From Massalongia carnosa (taxonomy: Eukaryota), in assembly GCA_965645245.1 (NCBI GenBank), contig OZ287072.1, positions 1,116,001 to 1,180,000 on the forward strand: a DNA stretch of 64,000 bases, in the 5' to 3' direction. Position 1 is the first letter of the stretch. Every line of letters starts with the position of its first letter. The notes below the pieces were generated by a model, which had not been told where the DNA came from, ran no database searches, and worked only from the letters and a program-made list of their open reading frames with translations. The translations under genes and the position numbers were made by a program. This document shows positions 12,146-24,125 of the stretch, piece after piece.

Positions 12146-13441
12146 TCACCTTCCCAAAGAGCCTAGAACGCTCCCAACCATCACTGCCGCCTCACGTTCC
12201 CACGCGCCCTCCCGTCCTGGGATTGATCCTGGTCCTTGGCTCCCTTTCAACACGCATTCCCTGATGCTATCTTTCACTCTGTCTCGCTGGGCCTTCAAGG
12301 CACGTGCTCCTGCCCCTCCTTTGCTCACTAGCTCAGCCACTCGCGACGCCAGCCCCTCTGCGAGACTACGCCAGAAGAACGAGGGCAAGGACGATGTGTC
12401 CAACGATGCAAGTAATGGGTCTAGGAGATTGATTGGCTGTTCGTTGTCGCTGGACTTCTGGACGGGCTCATCCTCAGAGCTCTCTGGGGGCTTAATCGTT
12501 TCGAGTAGAGACTCTAACGCCACGATATTTTGGCAACGAGCCGATACTTCAAGGAGGGTCCGATCTAGAGTAGGAAGTGTCCCCAAGGCACGAGCGATCG
12601 AAGCCAAGGACGAGGTAAGGCAGGTGCGAAGGTAAGTCTGAAGGGCGGAGAGGAGAAGCTGCGGGGATAGCAGACAGAGCGTCAGGAGCGCCGATGTGGT
12701 GCGAGACTTCATCTCCTCGGATTGCGCGTAGGTAGCCGTAGCAGCGGGAGCGGAGGAAATGGAGGACATGGAGAATTCCCGAACGATTTGCTGCGAGCGA
12801 GCACGTAGCGTAGAGTCGGCCGGAGCGAGGAGCGAGCTCTGCAGCGTCGAGACGAGGTTGATGCGACCTAGATGCTCGCCTTCCTCGTCCGGGCCTGACG
12901 CCGCCAGCAGCGCGCGAATACTTCGCAGCGTCCTCGCAGCGCGGACCATGGCCTGATGGTCCTCTTTCCTCGCGGGCCCCCCGCCCCCCACCTCCACCAT
13001 CTGCGCCTCCAGCTGCCGCCCTAGGAGCAAACATCGTGCGACCGCTCGCCCAATCCCCACCGTCAGCAGCAGCCTCTCGGCCACCAGGCGCATCTCCTCC
13101 GCCGCCTCATAGCGCTGCACCACATCCTTCTCTAACCGGCGATATCCCTCCGTCAAGCCAGCAACCTGCGCCTCCACCTCGCCCGCGACCCGCTGGCCCG
13201 CGGCTGCCTGGTCGCGCGTGTACGCGAGCAGCGGGACGGCCGACCGGGTCGTCAGCGCGTGGATGTGCGTGTCGATCTCTTGGATGTCGAACAGGACGCG
13301 CGAGAGCGGGGTGGAGAGGTCGAGCGGCGTGTCTGAGGGGTTGTTGGTGGCCAGAACGAGGGAGTTGGCGAAGGCGGCGGGGGAGAAGTCTGGGGCGAGG
13401 AAGGCTTCGTAATCGATGTAGGAGGGCTCGGCGTCGGTCAT
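12146..13441 (-). CDS. COG5: Conserved oligomeric Golgi complex subunit 5
   Basis: 431 aa single exon. The N-terminus EPSYIDYEAFLAPDFSPAAFANSLVLATNNPSDTPLDLSTPLSRVLFD and C-terminal WEREAAVMVGS are typical of fungal Cog5. Confidence 0.9.
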   Translation of the reverse strand: MTDAEPSYIDYEAFLAPDFSPAAFANSLVLATNNPSDTPLDLSTPLSRVLFDIQEIDTHIHALTTRSAVPLLAYTRDQAAAGQRVAGEVEAQVAGLTEGYRRLEKDVVQRYEAAEEMRLVAERLLLTVGIGRAVARCLLLGRQLEAQMVEVGGGGPARKEDHQAMVRAARTLRSIRALLAASGPDEEGEHLGRINLVSTLQSSLLAPADSTLRARSQQIVREFSMSSISSAPAATATYAQSEEMKSRTTSALLTLCLLSPQLLLSALQTYLRTCLTSSLASIARALGTLPTLDRTLLEVSARCQNIVALESLLETIKPPESSEDEPVQKSSDNEQPINLLDPLLASLDTSSLPSFFWRSLAEGLASRVAELVSKGGAGARALKAQRDRVKDSIRECVLKGSQGPGSIPGREGAWEREAAVMVGSVLGSLGR

Positions 13442-13902
13442 GATTTCCTGCTCAGATGGGGGAAGTGCGTGTAAGGTAACGTGCGGATTTTACGTAATGA
13501 CACTGGTTGTTCCATGTCTCGTTTTAGTATTTGGGTTGTGATTAATCCCCTTTCCTTCATCAGAAGTTTCGTTTTTGAAAACCTCATGCACGCGAAAAAG
13601 CCATGCGAGCCCCATTATCAACTTCCCCCTCAGCCCATACGCTTCCCCTAGACTAAAACTAATAGCGCAACCTTCACTTGAAGAGTGAACACATATAAAA
13701 TAGGCAACATTTACATTCCTGAACCCCCCCCCTTGGTCTGCCCGATCGAGCCCATTCTTCCACCAGCCACTAGAAAGCAGCAGAAGGCCCCCCCCCTTTC
13801 CCACCAATACCATGCACAAACGAATATCATAACGGTTGATTTTCTTTGCCCTCCTCCCCCTTCTCTTTGCATCTAAACCACCTACATACGTACATCGCCA
13901 TC

Positions 13903-14232
13903 ATGCATCTTTCCCACCATATCTCCCTTTTCTGCCTTCTCGCATGGCTATCTGCGGTCGTCATCGTCCATGTAACAGCCCAGCCGGTCAAACGTGGTGC
14001 GTCTCATCGCTTGCACCATCATCATCATGAGCAGCGGCAGCACCGCCGGCACCTGCACCATCTCTCAGCCTCCACTGTCGTCAGAGATAATCCGGTGCGA
14101 TCCCAGAAACATCTCCAGGAGGGAGGGCAGGGGATTGCTGTTGAAGCTCTCGGGAAGAGCAACAGCTTCATCGATCTGATGACAGACGCTCAGGCCGATA
14201 AAGTGGCGGAGGCGAGTAGGCCCCCCCGATGA
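13903..14232 (+). CDS. Putative small secreted His-rich protein (possibly the 5' part of a decayed longer gene)
   Basis: MHLSHHISLFCLLAWLSAVVIVHVTA looks like a signal peptide, followed by QPVKR (Kex2-like site) and HRLHHHHHEQRQHRRHLHH. Downstream sequence is coding-like but contains stops. Confidence 0.4.
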   Translation: MHLSHHISLFCLLAWLSAVVIVHVTAQPVKRGASHRLHHHHHEQRQHRRHLHHLSASTVVRDNPVRSQKHLQEGGQGIAVEALGKSNSFIDLMTDAQADKVAEASRPPR

Positions 14233-14899
14233 AATTCAGCTTGAAACTGGGGAGCTAGGTATGGCTTTCAGGAGGCTTGTATCTCAGGAGAATCAGGTTT
14301 TATTGACAAGGTGGTCGCTAGATATTTATCGACCTAATCAACCCTGGAGGTCATCCTCGATTCAACTGCAGCGGGCATGACTGCAAAGTTTGAAAACGCA
14401 AAATCTGCCATCAACAGTTTTTGATAGCAATAGCAAGCTCTTGTGGCTATACATTTTGGAGGAAGACGACATAATCGCTGGAATGCTGTCAGCCGAAACA
14501 ATGTAGATCTAATTACATCTGCAAATAAGAGCCGTTAGCAACCAACAGCACCTGCCATCTTGAGCTGGAGAGTCGGGGCGCTTTGGGGAAAGAAAATACT
14601 GCTTAAAGGGGAGAAGGCCGACCGCATAAAAAGCTTAGAAAAGAACTTACAAGACCCAACGCTGCTGTCCCAATATTCTGCACCAAACGTCCCCCCAATG
14701 ACTAGTTTCCACAACAGAAAATCTCTCATCGCATTTTCTCCTCCATAAGTCCTCCCATTTCATTCGAACCCCTACCTTCTATTTCCTGTAATTAAGAATT
14801 CCAGAATGATTGCCCCCGCACCGTTTCCATTTTCCTAATGTAATATGCGAGTAGTGTTTCCCCGCTATCTCCTCTTCCCAAAATAATAACCAAACCAAA

Positions 14900-15481
14900 T
14901 CACCTTCCTTCTTCTCTCGTCGCCGACGGCGCTCTCCCCGGGGGTAGCACCCCCTCCGGCACAGCCATCGGCTTCGCCCCCTCCTTTACTAACCGCTCAA
15001 TTGTTTCTTTCCGCTTAAACTCCATCACCCGCCGCTGCTTGAAATACGACACCTGCAATCTCGCCGCTCAAAGTTAGCCGGTTCAGCCAATTTCTCCTAC
15101 TTTCCTCCCTCCACTCGGCTCCCGACCAAGAAGACCCCTCCCCCAAAGGCAAAAACAATCCATACAAAAACCAAACACAACCCCAAAAAGAATAAACAGA
15201 TAATCAAAAAAACATACCCAGCTCCCGCGACATTCCCTCTCAAACACCACCCCCTCATCCCCACACTCCCGCGCTGCCCCTTCGGCGTCACGGATACTGT
15301 CGACGATCGCGTGTCGCTCCAGACAGGCGAAGAAGGCGTCGCGGGCGCGCCAGCAGTGCAGGCGTGCGGCGCGGTCGGGGGCTTCCGGGAGGGAATTTGA
15401 TGATTGTGATGATGATAGCTGGGTGGTGGTAGAGGTAGATTTAGTTACAGGAGGAGGAGGGGGAGGGGAGAGGAGGGTCAT
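14900..15481 (-). CDS. COA6: Cytochrome c oxidase assembly factor 6 (COX6B/CX9C-CX10C family)
   Basis: APDRAARLHCWRARDAFFACL...C...FERECRGSW|VSYFKQRR. Exons 15481-15218 and 15052-14900; GT-AG intron 15053-15217. Confidence 0.85.
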
Positions 15482-15905
15482 GTTTGGCGAGGGGTGAGAG
15501 ATGAGTGAAAGTTGAGTTGAAGAGTATTTTCGGTATTCTGCAATCCGGAGAGTCCGTAGCCCCGTCCGCTAAGCTAGCTAGTTAACGTTAGCGCTAATTA
15601 GGGCCGCAACGGGCGAAGAGAAGGACAAAGCTCAATCCGAACACCTCTTCCATCCATCCATCTAGAAAAAAACAACCCCAACTGACCAAACTCAACTCCA
15701 ACGCTGTCCAAAAGCTCTCGGATTCTACAAACCTCAAGAAAGAAATAAAAGGAAAAGCATATATAATGTTCCTCTCATAATAAAAATCATCACCACTTCT
15801 CTCCCTTCCCCTCTCGCCCCTCTCCCCCCACTCTCCTCCAAACCACCAAAATCCCCAAATCCCCAAACTCACCCACCAAGACCAACACTCCCTCACACCA
15901 AAAAA

Positions 15906-16696
15906 ATGCATCCCCATGCCCCCCCACCCCCCTCCTCGGCCCTTACGCTCATGCCCTCTCCCCCCAAAATCCTAGCGCAGATCGCCCTCGTGCAAATAAG
16001 CCACTATGCGCTTGCGACAACGTTGCTGCTGTTCGCCACACTGGCTGCGGGCCGGCCATTCTCACTCTCGGTAGTGCTAGACTGGCGGGCCGTGAGGGGA
16101 GATACGGCAGTAGGGTGGACGTTAGCGCTTTGTTGGGGGATGGCAGGATGGATGGGGTAGGTTTGTCTTTTTTCATAATATGGTTGTTACGGTCTCTGCT
16201 TTCAATAACCCTTTTCTTGCTTCTGCATTATGCCATCACGCATCTTGGAGAGAAGGAGAAGTAGAAGAAGAGCCAGTGCTGATCTCGTGATACCTACCAT
16301 AGCGCACTTACGCTCCTCGTCCTCGTTTCGCGCTCAAAGCTCGTTCTCGATTTCGCCCTTACGGCGCACGCGCTGCACCTGCTCGCCACGAGCGTCTACT
16401 CGCGTGCGCCGCCTGGAAACTGGCTGTGGTGGGGCGCGCAGGTGGCGAGCGCAGGAGGAATGTGGGGGCTGGGCGTGTGGGCGTGTCGGTGGAGGGAGTT
16501 ACGACCGATCAATTTTGGTGGTCGGAGCGGGGGAAGGGGAAAGGGCGATGCTAGGGACGAAGGTGATGGTGGTGGTGGTGGTGATAATGGGGCGGAGAGG
16601 GATGATGAGGAGGTGGGGGTTGTGAGCCAAGGACGGGGGAGAGGGAAGAATCGGGGCGGAGAATATGAAATGGTTGGGATAAAAGAGGGTGCGTGA
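15906..16696 (+). CDS. SYS1: Golgi integral membrane protein SYS1
   Basis: PPKILAQI...DWRAVRGDTAVGW, SRSKLVLDFALTAHALHLL, WACRWRELRPI. Intron 16157-16302 restores the frame. Confidence 0.85.
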
Positions 16697-17235
16697 AATC
16701 GATCGAATCCCATGGCTCCACACGCGCTCTTTGCCTGCTACTTTTCCCACGTATAACATACCCCCAGGTAGTCTATGGATGCTCCCAATGAGGCGTTTAG
16801 TGAATTACAGATTTGTGTAATTGATGGTAAAGCTTTCCTCATTCAACCGCCGTTCAACCCTTCTGCAAATATCGACATCCCTCTCGACCCGAAATGCCCC
16901 CGGAATACCTTCGGCCCCGGGGTAGTCAACCAAAAAGGCTGTGGCTGCAACTTCGAGCGTCCATGCTTATTGGGCCAGGGGGTCGGTCTCCTCTTGTTTA
17001 CACGAACACTAACCAATATCCCCCTTGTGTGCCATGCAGATAACCGCTACCCCGCCCTCGTCCCCTTGTGTGCTTTGTCACCGTTATTTGGGAGAGTTTC
17101 CCTAAGCGTTAAGTTCCGGGGGTGCGGCCCCCAAAATGCGACGGCAAGATCAATTTCCTCCCTTTGGTATATTTCAAACAGTGTTCCCGCCAACCCTTCC
17201 AGACACCTTGGATATTGCCCTCTTCTCTCCCAGCC

Positions 17236-18723
17236 TCAGGTTTTAAAAGCCCGATCCAGTACTCGCAACGCTCTCATATCCTCCCCAAATCCTAGTTTGT
17301 CGCTCGGGATGTCCTGGGGGCCGTCCTTTTTCTTCGCGGTCCCACCGGGGCTTCTACTGCCGGAGCGGGTGCTGATGTCGCTTTTGGCATCCATGTTATC
17401 AGCCGATGCGCCGTTCATAAGCGAACCAATGCTTGGGATTGTGCTTGCCTGCGAAGTGCCATTGAACTGTCGTATTGGCGTTGAGTTATTATTATTATTA
17501 TTATTACTGTTATTATTACTATTTTCCGCACCCTCCTGTTTCGAAGGCGGTGGTGATGGAGTTCGTGAGTCTGATATTATCTGCTGACTTCGGTCTTGAG
17601 TTAACGGCGAAGGCGCCATGAGACGAGGATCTATTTTAGATAATGGAGGGGTGGAGGAGGGGTTCCGGGTTTGAGGCTGGGCTGAAACTTGATGCTGGAG
17701 ATGGTGTGGTTGTGGTTGTGGTTGTGGTTGTTGGTGATGTTGCTGCTGCTGCTGCTGCTTCAGCGGAGCTTGCGCAATGCGAGGCGACGACTTGCGATAA
17801 CCTGACACGCCGTTTACGGGATTCGAGCTCCGGAGATGTTGCGGTTGCGGTAACGGCATCTGCTCGGTTACCGGCGATCTATCGTACGCAGGAGAGATTT
17901 GTGGCTGCGAGGTGGGAGGGTGAGCTGATTGCGAGTATGAAAGGGGAGAATGTCCATTGCTACCCGGAGGTGGACCTCCGTTTGAACTATACTGATAGCC
18001 ATAGCCGTGTTGTGGTGCAGGAATGGGAGGCTGTGATGTCCAGCCGTACCCAGGTTGAGCGTACAAAGGCCCTGAGCGAGCATATCCTGCCATCTGGGGC
18101 ACCGTCGAGTACGGAGCACTTACCATCGGGGCCCTCGTAACTGCGGGGATGTTTTGTTGTTCATTAACAGTAGACTCCGGATACATGCCCTTTTGTGGTC
18201 GAATGTGTCGTAAATTGGGGTCATTGGTGGGGTTATTAAGTCCTTGCGCGCTTGGATGTGAACGCGAATAATAGCTAATCAGATGCAGATGGTTTCCTGA
18301 GGATGTTGTGATGCTGAAAGATTGTTTCATCAATCCATCCGGTTTATATCGATAACCGTCCGGGCCATCTTCTCCACCAGCCATTTCCAGATCCGAGTCG
18401 CTCCCACGCGTGCTGTCTGGCGTTTTCCCCGCTCTTGTCGCCGCCAGTGACGGGGCGAAGCCATTGCCGCCCCGCTTGCCTTCCATCTCTCGATAGGTCA
18501 AAAAGCTTCCTGACACGCGGCTAGCGCTCCATGATTTTCCGTCGGTCCATCGTCTCATGCCTGCTTCTCGTTCATCCCACACAAAGACCGAACCTGATTT
18601 GATCGATTGGCGCTCTTTTTCGGACAGCCTTCGTTGTACGCGTGGCAAAAGACCGAGCCGACATGCTTCGAACAATACTATAGCATCGGCTGGCGTTCGT
18701 ACATGGCCATGAAAGGTTTCCAT
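17236..18723 (-). CDS. pac2: Gti1/Pac2 (WOPR) family regulator, Pac2-type
   Basis: METFHGHVRTPADAIVLFEACRLGLLPRVQRRLSEKERQSIKSGSVFVWDEREAGMRRWTDGKSWSASRV and GLMKQSFSI...HLISYY; Q/N-rich tail ending EDMRALRVLDRAF. Confidence 0.92.
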   Translation of the reverse strand: METFHGHVRTPADAIVLFEACRLGLLPRVQRRLSEKERQSIKSGSVFVWDEREAGMRRWTDGKSWSASRVSGSFLTYREMEGKRGGNGFAPSLAATRAGKTPDSTRGSDSDLEMAGGEDGPDGYRYKPDGLMKQSFSITTSSGNHLHLISYYSRSHPSAQGLNNPTNDPNLRHIRPQKGMYPESTVNEQQNIPAVTRAPMVSAPYSTVPQMAGYARSGPLYAQPGYGWTSQPPIPAPQHGYGYQYSSNGGPPPGSNGHSPLSYSQSAHPPTSQPQISPAYDRSPVTEQMPLPQPQHLRSSNPVNGVSGYRKSSPRIAQAPLKQQQQQQHHQQPQPQPQPHHLQHQVSAQPQTRNPSSTPPLSKIDPRLMAPSPLTQDRSQQIISDSRTPSPPPSKQEGAENSNNNSNNNNNNNSTPIRQFNGTSQASTIPSIGSLMNGASADNMDAKSDISTRSGSRSPGGTAKKKDGPQDIPSDKLGFGEDMRALRVLDRAFKT

Positions 18724-21233
18724 GGTGGGCTTTGACCTAGCGCTGCCTTCTACGCTTGTCAGGTTTCCGCCTTACAGACTGTGCGTCACGCCAATAAGAC
18801 AAATCGGCTTTTGCCACCCGAGAGAATGGACGACCAGAGGACCGAAAGGACGTTGTGAGATAAGAGGTAATTGACCGTTGCAAGGATTTGTCAGGAACAA
18901 TCTCTTTAAAGATTTTTGGTCTCTAGGACAGGTCAGGAACCGATTCAGACTTGTAGAGTGAAAATAGGTCTGCAGTTTGTATCGAATGAAGTCGCCTAAC
19001 TCGAGCTCAATCTGATTTTAGATTTGAAATCGTCCAAAAAGATCCGTTAGGCAAAAGGGAACCAACTCACCCTAGAAGATGGAACAGGCGTCAATAATTG
19101 GGGGATTACAGCACAGTCACAGTGTCTCCGAGACGCGGCGGCAGGATTACACACCTCCTTGGTGATGGCGAGCAACGGTCAGACTGGATTTAGGTTTGTC
19201 GAGAATGAAGGATTTATGACTCGAACGGTGGCAATCCGAACCTCGGTCCAACTCAGAGGTCACATAGGAGCTTGAATCCTTAAATTAGTTGATATTCATT
19301 CTCAGGCATGAGTAGATTATGATTGTTGCAAGCACCAAAGCCGACCGGAATGATGAAGCCGCGCAGTCAGCATCAGCGCAGGGATGATGATGACAAAAAC
19401 AACGGTTGTCTCAATGCTCTGCCGCGGCGTGGTATTTCCTTTTATTTCCCCGGGAAGATGGATGTGAAAGTAATCAGGAAAGCGAAAATGGAGATGGATG
19501 TGGAAATGGACGTGGACGTAGGATTGAGAGCAGTTGGAGCGTTGGGTTAGGTAGTTGGATGGGTTAGGTCGTTGTTGGGGGGGGAAGGTTTTTGGAGTGA
19601 AGGCCGCTTAGAGCAGTGACTTACGTGTAACACAAGGAGTTAGGGTTGGGGTAGCCAGAAAAGTTATCTCCGGAGGACTGGTGACGTTTTGAAGTTGTCA
19701 ACGGTTTAGACTTTTGCGAGACAGACCAACTGACAGAGTGTGGGCGGAAAGTCGAAGGCTCGTTGGACCGCGGGCTTCCGTCGTTAAGGTTTTGGTGCTT
19801 TGCGTGCCCGGAGTGTCTGCCCACGCTTTTCCTCATGCAGGAGCGCTAGTAGTTTAGGCAATTCCAGGATGAATGATCGAGGTCTTGATGGGGTCCGGAG
19901 TACTTCACTACCGAGTACGGACTGACTACCTACGGGAGTACGGAGGCAAATCTTCCAAGAAACAAGGATGGAGGTATTTGTCCTTGCGGCATTGCAGGCT
20001 GTTCATCGCGTGACGATCGATGTTATTACTCGATACGATGATGATGGTGATGGTGATAGTTACGATTATGATTACGATGAGAGTCGGAATTTTGGGTTTA
20101 CTGAAATTAGTAATCGTGCACACATATGCTCTGTACAGTAAATAAGTACTCGATAGGTACCAACCTTATACCTATATCCGGTTGGGGGTGGAGATACGGG
20201 ATGTGGGCAAATGATGCTTAATCAACGACTCTGCTTTAAATAAACTTCCATGGCTTGATGAAACCCCGTTCAACCGACACAGAAGTACTCTATAATCAGC
20301 ATTGTCTTGGATCTTGACTTCTTGAGCCAACAACGCCGCTACGTGCCTTGCGTAGTCCCCTATCATGCACTTTGATAGGTACCGACTGGGAGCAAAGTCA
20401 CGCAAGGTTCCCTACCGCGAGCTTCTTATCCACCCATCTGTATTGTCACTGCATAGCGATTCGACTAGGGATTCGATACCGCTGTACCTCTGTGCCCCGA
20501 TTATTATCCCGTAATCGTAACCGCAAACTCCATAACCTTCATGTCTCTGAACTCCTCATAATTATGCCATATCGGGCCAACTCACCCGAAGGGCACAAGG
20601 TATGAGTGAATGAGCCATCAGCAACATTAGTCTTCCTTCATTCCATAACGGCCGCCGACCGCTCTCTCCCTCTAACAGCTACCTTCGGAGCCTTCTTAGC
20701 TGGAATCCTATGCGGGTCCAAGGAAGGAAAGTGAATCCGCGTTATATTACATCTGTTCTGAGTTCTGACATCATACACTGACAATCAGCCGTCCTCGTAC
20801 GCTGAATGTGTGACACCGGCATATGCGCGCTGCAGATAGCTTAGCCCCTTTTAAGGCATTTATGAATTGAGAATACGGAGTACAGAGTAGAGAATGGAGA
20901 GTTTGGATTAGAGATCAAGACGGGTCCATTGCTTGTTCTAGATCCCGACACCTCCCAGTAGATGCTTGTTCGACATAAGCGTAAATCGTGCCACAAACTC
21001 TATTCAACCAAATCGAAAAGCTTGGCACGGCCTGACGATTCTCCGGTCCAATCTGCGCCCGGAAAATGCGAGATTCCAGTCCAGAGGAAACGTTGTGGGC
21101 GGCTGATGGTTGGATTAGCGATTATTACGAAAGATGAAAATAAGTATGTGATCTGATCAGGCTCCGGAAATAGTCAGCATGGCACTAGCATCGTTGGCCA
21201 TCCCAAGGCTGAGGGCACGTGTATCCTCTGCCA

Positions 21234-21281
21234 AGTACCGAGTACAGAGTACAGAGTACCTACAGAGTACAGAGTACAGAG
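21234..21281. repeat. (AGTACAG)n heptamer array
   Basis: About six AGTAC(A/C)G units with one interruption, read directly. Confidence 0.8.
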
Positions 21282-22357
21282 GATGGAGCACCAAACAAGG
21301 CTAGGTTCAGGCCGCTGTCCAATTGTCTTCGGAGGTTGTAAAGGATTTACAGAGTAAACCAACCGAAGGGGCTGAAACATGCTCCGTTGGATATAACCTA
21401 CCCTCTACAAAGGCATACGTTGTACAGAGTACGGAGTACACAAACTATCTAATGCCCGAAAAGCGAAGACCAACATCTGTCTCTGAATACCGAATACCGA
21501 ATACGACGTGGAACTCCTGTTCACGCCTCAATAGCGGCACATTCTCGTTTGCGAAGTCAGCCCTCGAAGTACGGAGTACCCAGCACGAGGAAAAGCAATG
21601 CTATTATCAACCATCAAACCATGGATCCCCTTGGCAAGTCCGTATTCTTTAACACCACACGGCATGGTACGGAACATACGTATTGATACTCTATAATGAA
21701 ATTAGCATCGGCTCCTATTCGTTGGTGTCCAATCCATGTCCGAGGATGTGTCGATTGACTAAGGACCCGCAAAACCCGGAAATCGACAGGGATGGCTATT
21801 AAAGTCGGCGGCCAAGCTTCTTTGACACTTGAATGAATATGCATATTTCAACGCCGGTAGAGGTCCGAGCGGGCTTCCCTCCACCCCCTCATATCAAGGT
21901 ACAGAGTTCCTCATATATTGCTACCCAGGTAAGATAGATATCGCAGTGGGCTTACATAGATTATTTAATCGAGTCTCGACTTGAAACAGATGACGTGCGG
22001 GAGGTTGAGAACTCTCTAGATCCATATTGATTTTGTTAAGACGTGACTCATGATAGCTGGGCCCGTTGGTTGCAAACCCACTTGGTCGAGGGTTTCCTTG
22101 AGCTTGCAGCTACTGTTAGAAAGTATGGTTTGCTCTTTCCTGCTAATGTGAATTTCTTCCCTAGAATTATGAAGGCGAGGCCCGTACCATCATCATCCAA
22201 CTAGCAAGGCGAAATGCTCCACAGAATCTTACCACATAGATCTCGTCGCAAGTACGTGTAGATACTCTAACTTCATGGACCAAACAAAGATAACGATCGT
22301 AACTTAAAAAGATATTCGGCCATTCACGAGCATCAACGAGAGCACCCTAGTATATTC

Positions 22358-24125
22358 TCAGCAGTCGCACCGACCGTGCCATCGAGGCCAGGGAACGACA
22401 TCTTTGATGTTATGAACTCCGGCAAGATAACTGATAAGGCGATCAAGCCCAAGCCCGAACCCTCCATGAGGGACACTTCCGAAGCGACGTAGATCGACGT
22501 ACCAATCCAGGTTTCCGCCTTTAGCAGATGACACCATGGTACTGCTAGAATTCAGTTCAGATGGCGTCTGTCGATGTAGAGCGTATGAACCGTCTCTGTG
22601 CATGGCGTCAATGAGATGCTCTGCTCGATGTTCACGTAAAGAACCTCCAACGACTTCGCACACGTCCGGTAGCAAAAGGTCAAAACACGCCGTGGTGGCG
22701 CTCTCGCCGGATGTATTTTCCATAGTTGATGGTAACATATAGAAAGGTTTAATGTTTTGAGGATAACTAGTGACGAAAACGGGGCTTCCGCTCCCTATCT
22801 CGGCGGCAATGAATCTCTCATGCTCGAGCTGTAAACCTGCGCTCCAAGAGGGCTTGAATTCGAACTCAACATCTTTAGCTTCCACTGCAAGTTGAAGACG
22901 GTGAATTGCTTCGCTGTAGGTAATACGGGGCCATGGTTGTGAAAGAAGTCCATCCCAACGCTGCCGAGTCAGGTTGGACGACACTAGGCTTTTACCCGTC
23001 AGCCCGATCTGTTGGACTGAGATAATCTCGTCAAAGATCTTGGACCCTTGCAGCTCAGCCACAAGCGATCGGATCATATTTTCAACCAAGCTAATCACCT
23101 CGTGCAGACTTTCGGTCTGGATTTCTGCCTCCAACATCCAGAACTCACTGAGATGCCGAGCTGTATCGCTTTTCTCAGCGCGGAAAGTTGGTGACAAAGA
23201 CCACACCTTTTTATGTTCGTGTACGAACGCCTCAAGATGGAGTTGAGATGACACTGTCAGGAATTTGGGGTCACGAAAAAAAAGAGCCTGTTCATGCCTT
23301 GGTGGACCTACCACTCGGGCCACGGTCGAAGTAGTAGATACAGTAAAGACTTCGCCAGCCCCTTCGCAGTCAGAAGAGGTTATTATAGGGGGCTGCAAGC
23401 GGACGAACTCTTGCTCATGAAAAAAATTAGAAAGGTAAAAATCGCAGTCAGACCTGAGTCGTGCAAGCAAAGCGTTGAAAGGGGTCCGCAATCTTAGATG
23501 TGGGACTGTGCGGAGGTACTCGGCTGTATGGAACTTCTTTTGAATAGGGTAGACCTACGATGGACCGTTAGATATTGCTTTCTTGTACAGAGTAGCATGT
23601 AACCAAATTCCGTAAGCGCTTGTTCAGGGGAAAGTCACACTGACCTCTGCGTCCGTCCAGCCGACGATTCTGACCTTATCCGCCTTAAGCTCATACTCTT
23701 GCTCTTTGCCCGGTGGAGCTAGTTGCCATATGCCACTAAGCAATACCGAGGTACCTGTCGTCAATCTATGTGGAAAACATCTGTCAATCGGTACATCCAA
23801 TTGGAAGCGTTGGCTTCAAGACATACCCTTTGGCTTGCAAGGGCTCCAGAACAGCCTGCAGTGGATACACTGTCGATCCATCCCCTATCTCGACGAAAGA
23901 CCTAAGTTTTTGATTTCGAATGGTCCGCACAAAGCCAGCCACGGTGATGTGCTGACCCTGATGGGTCTCCTTTGAAGGCGGAAGTGCCAAGACTGCTGCG
24001 ATACTTGGGCTGGAAAAGCTAATCCCGCCTTGAGCCGACACACATCGGTGGCCGGGGCTGACAGTGAAGCTGGCAGTATTGCATTTCTCCAAAAGGCGTG
24101 AGCGACGAATGGCAGCCCATAGCAT
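22358..24125 (-). CDS. SLM5: Asparaginyl-tRNA synthetase, mitochondrial
   Basis: Basic presequence MLWAAIRRSRLL, OB fold, SSDCEGAGEVF, LTVSSQLHLE, motif 2 FRAEKSDTARHLSEFWMLEAE and motif 3 PHGGFGLGLDRL. Introns 23766-23826 and 23555-23644. Confidence 0.93.

Noticed and set aside
16775..17587. 270-aa + strand ORF with poly-Leu
   Set aside because: Antisense shadow of pac2 and its AAT repeat.
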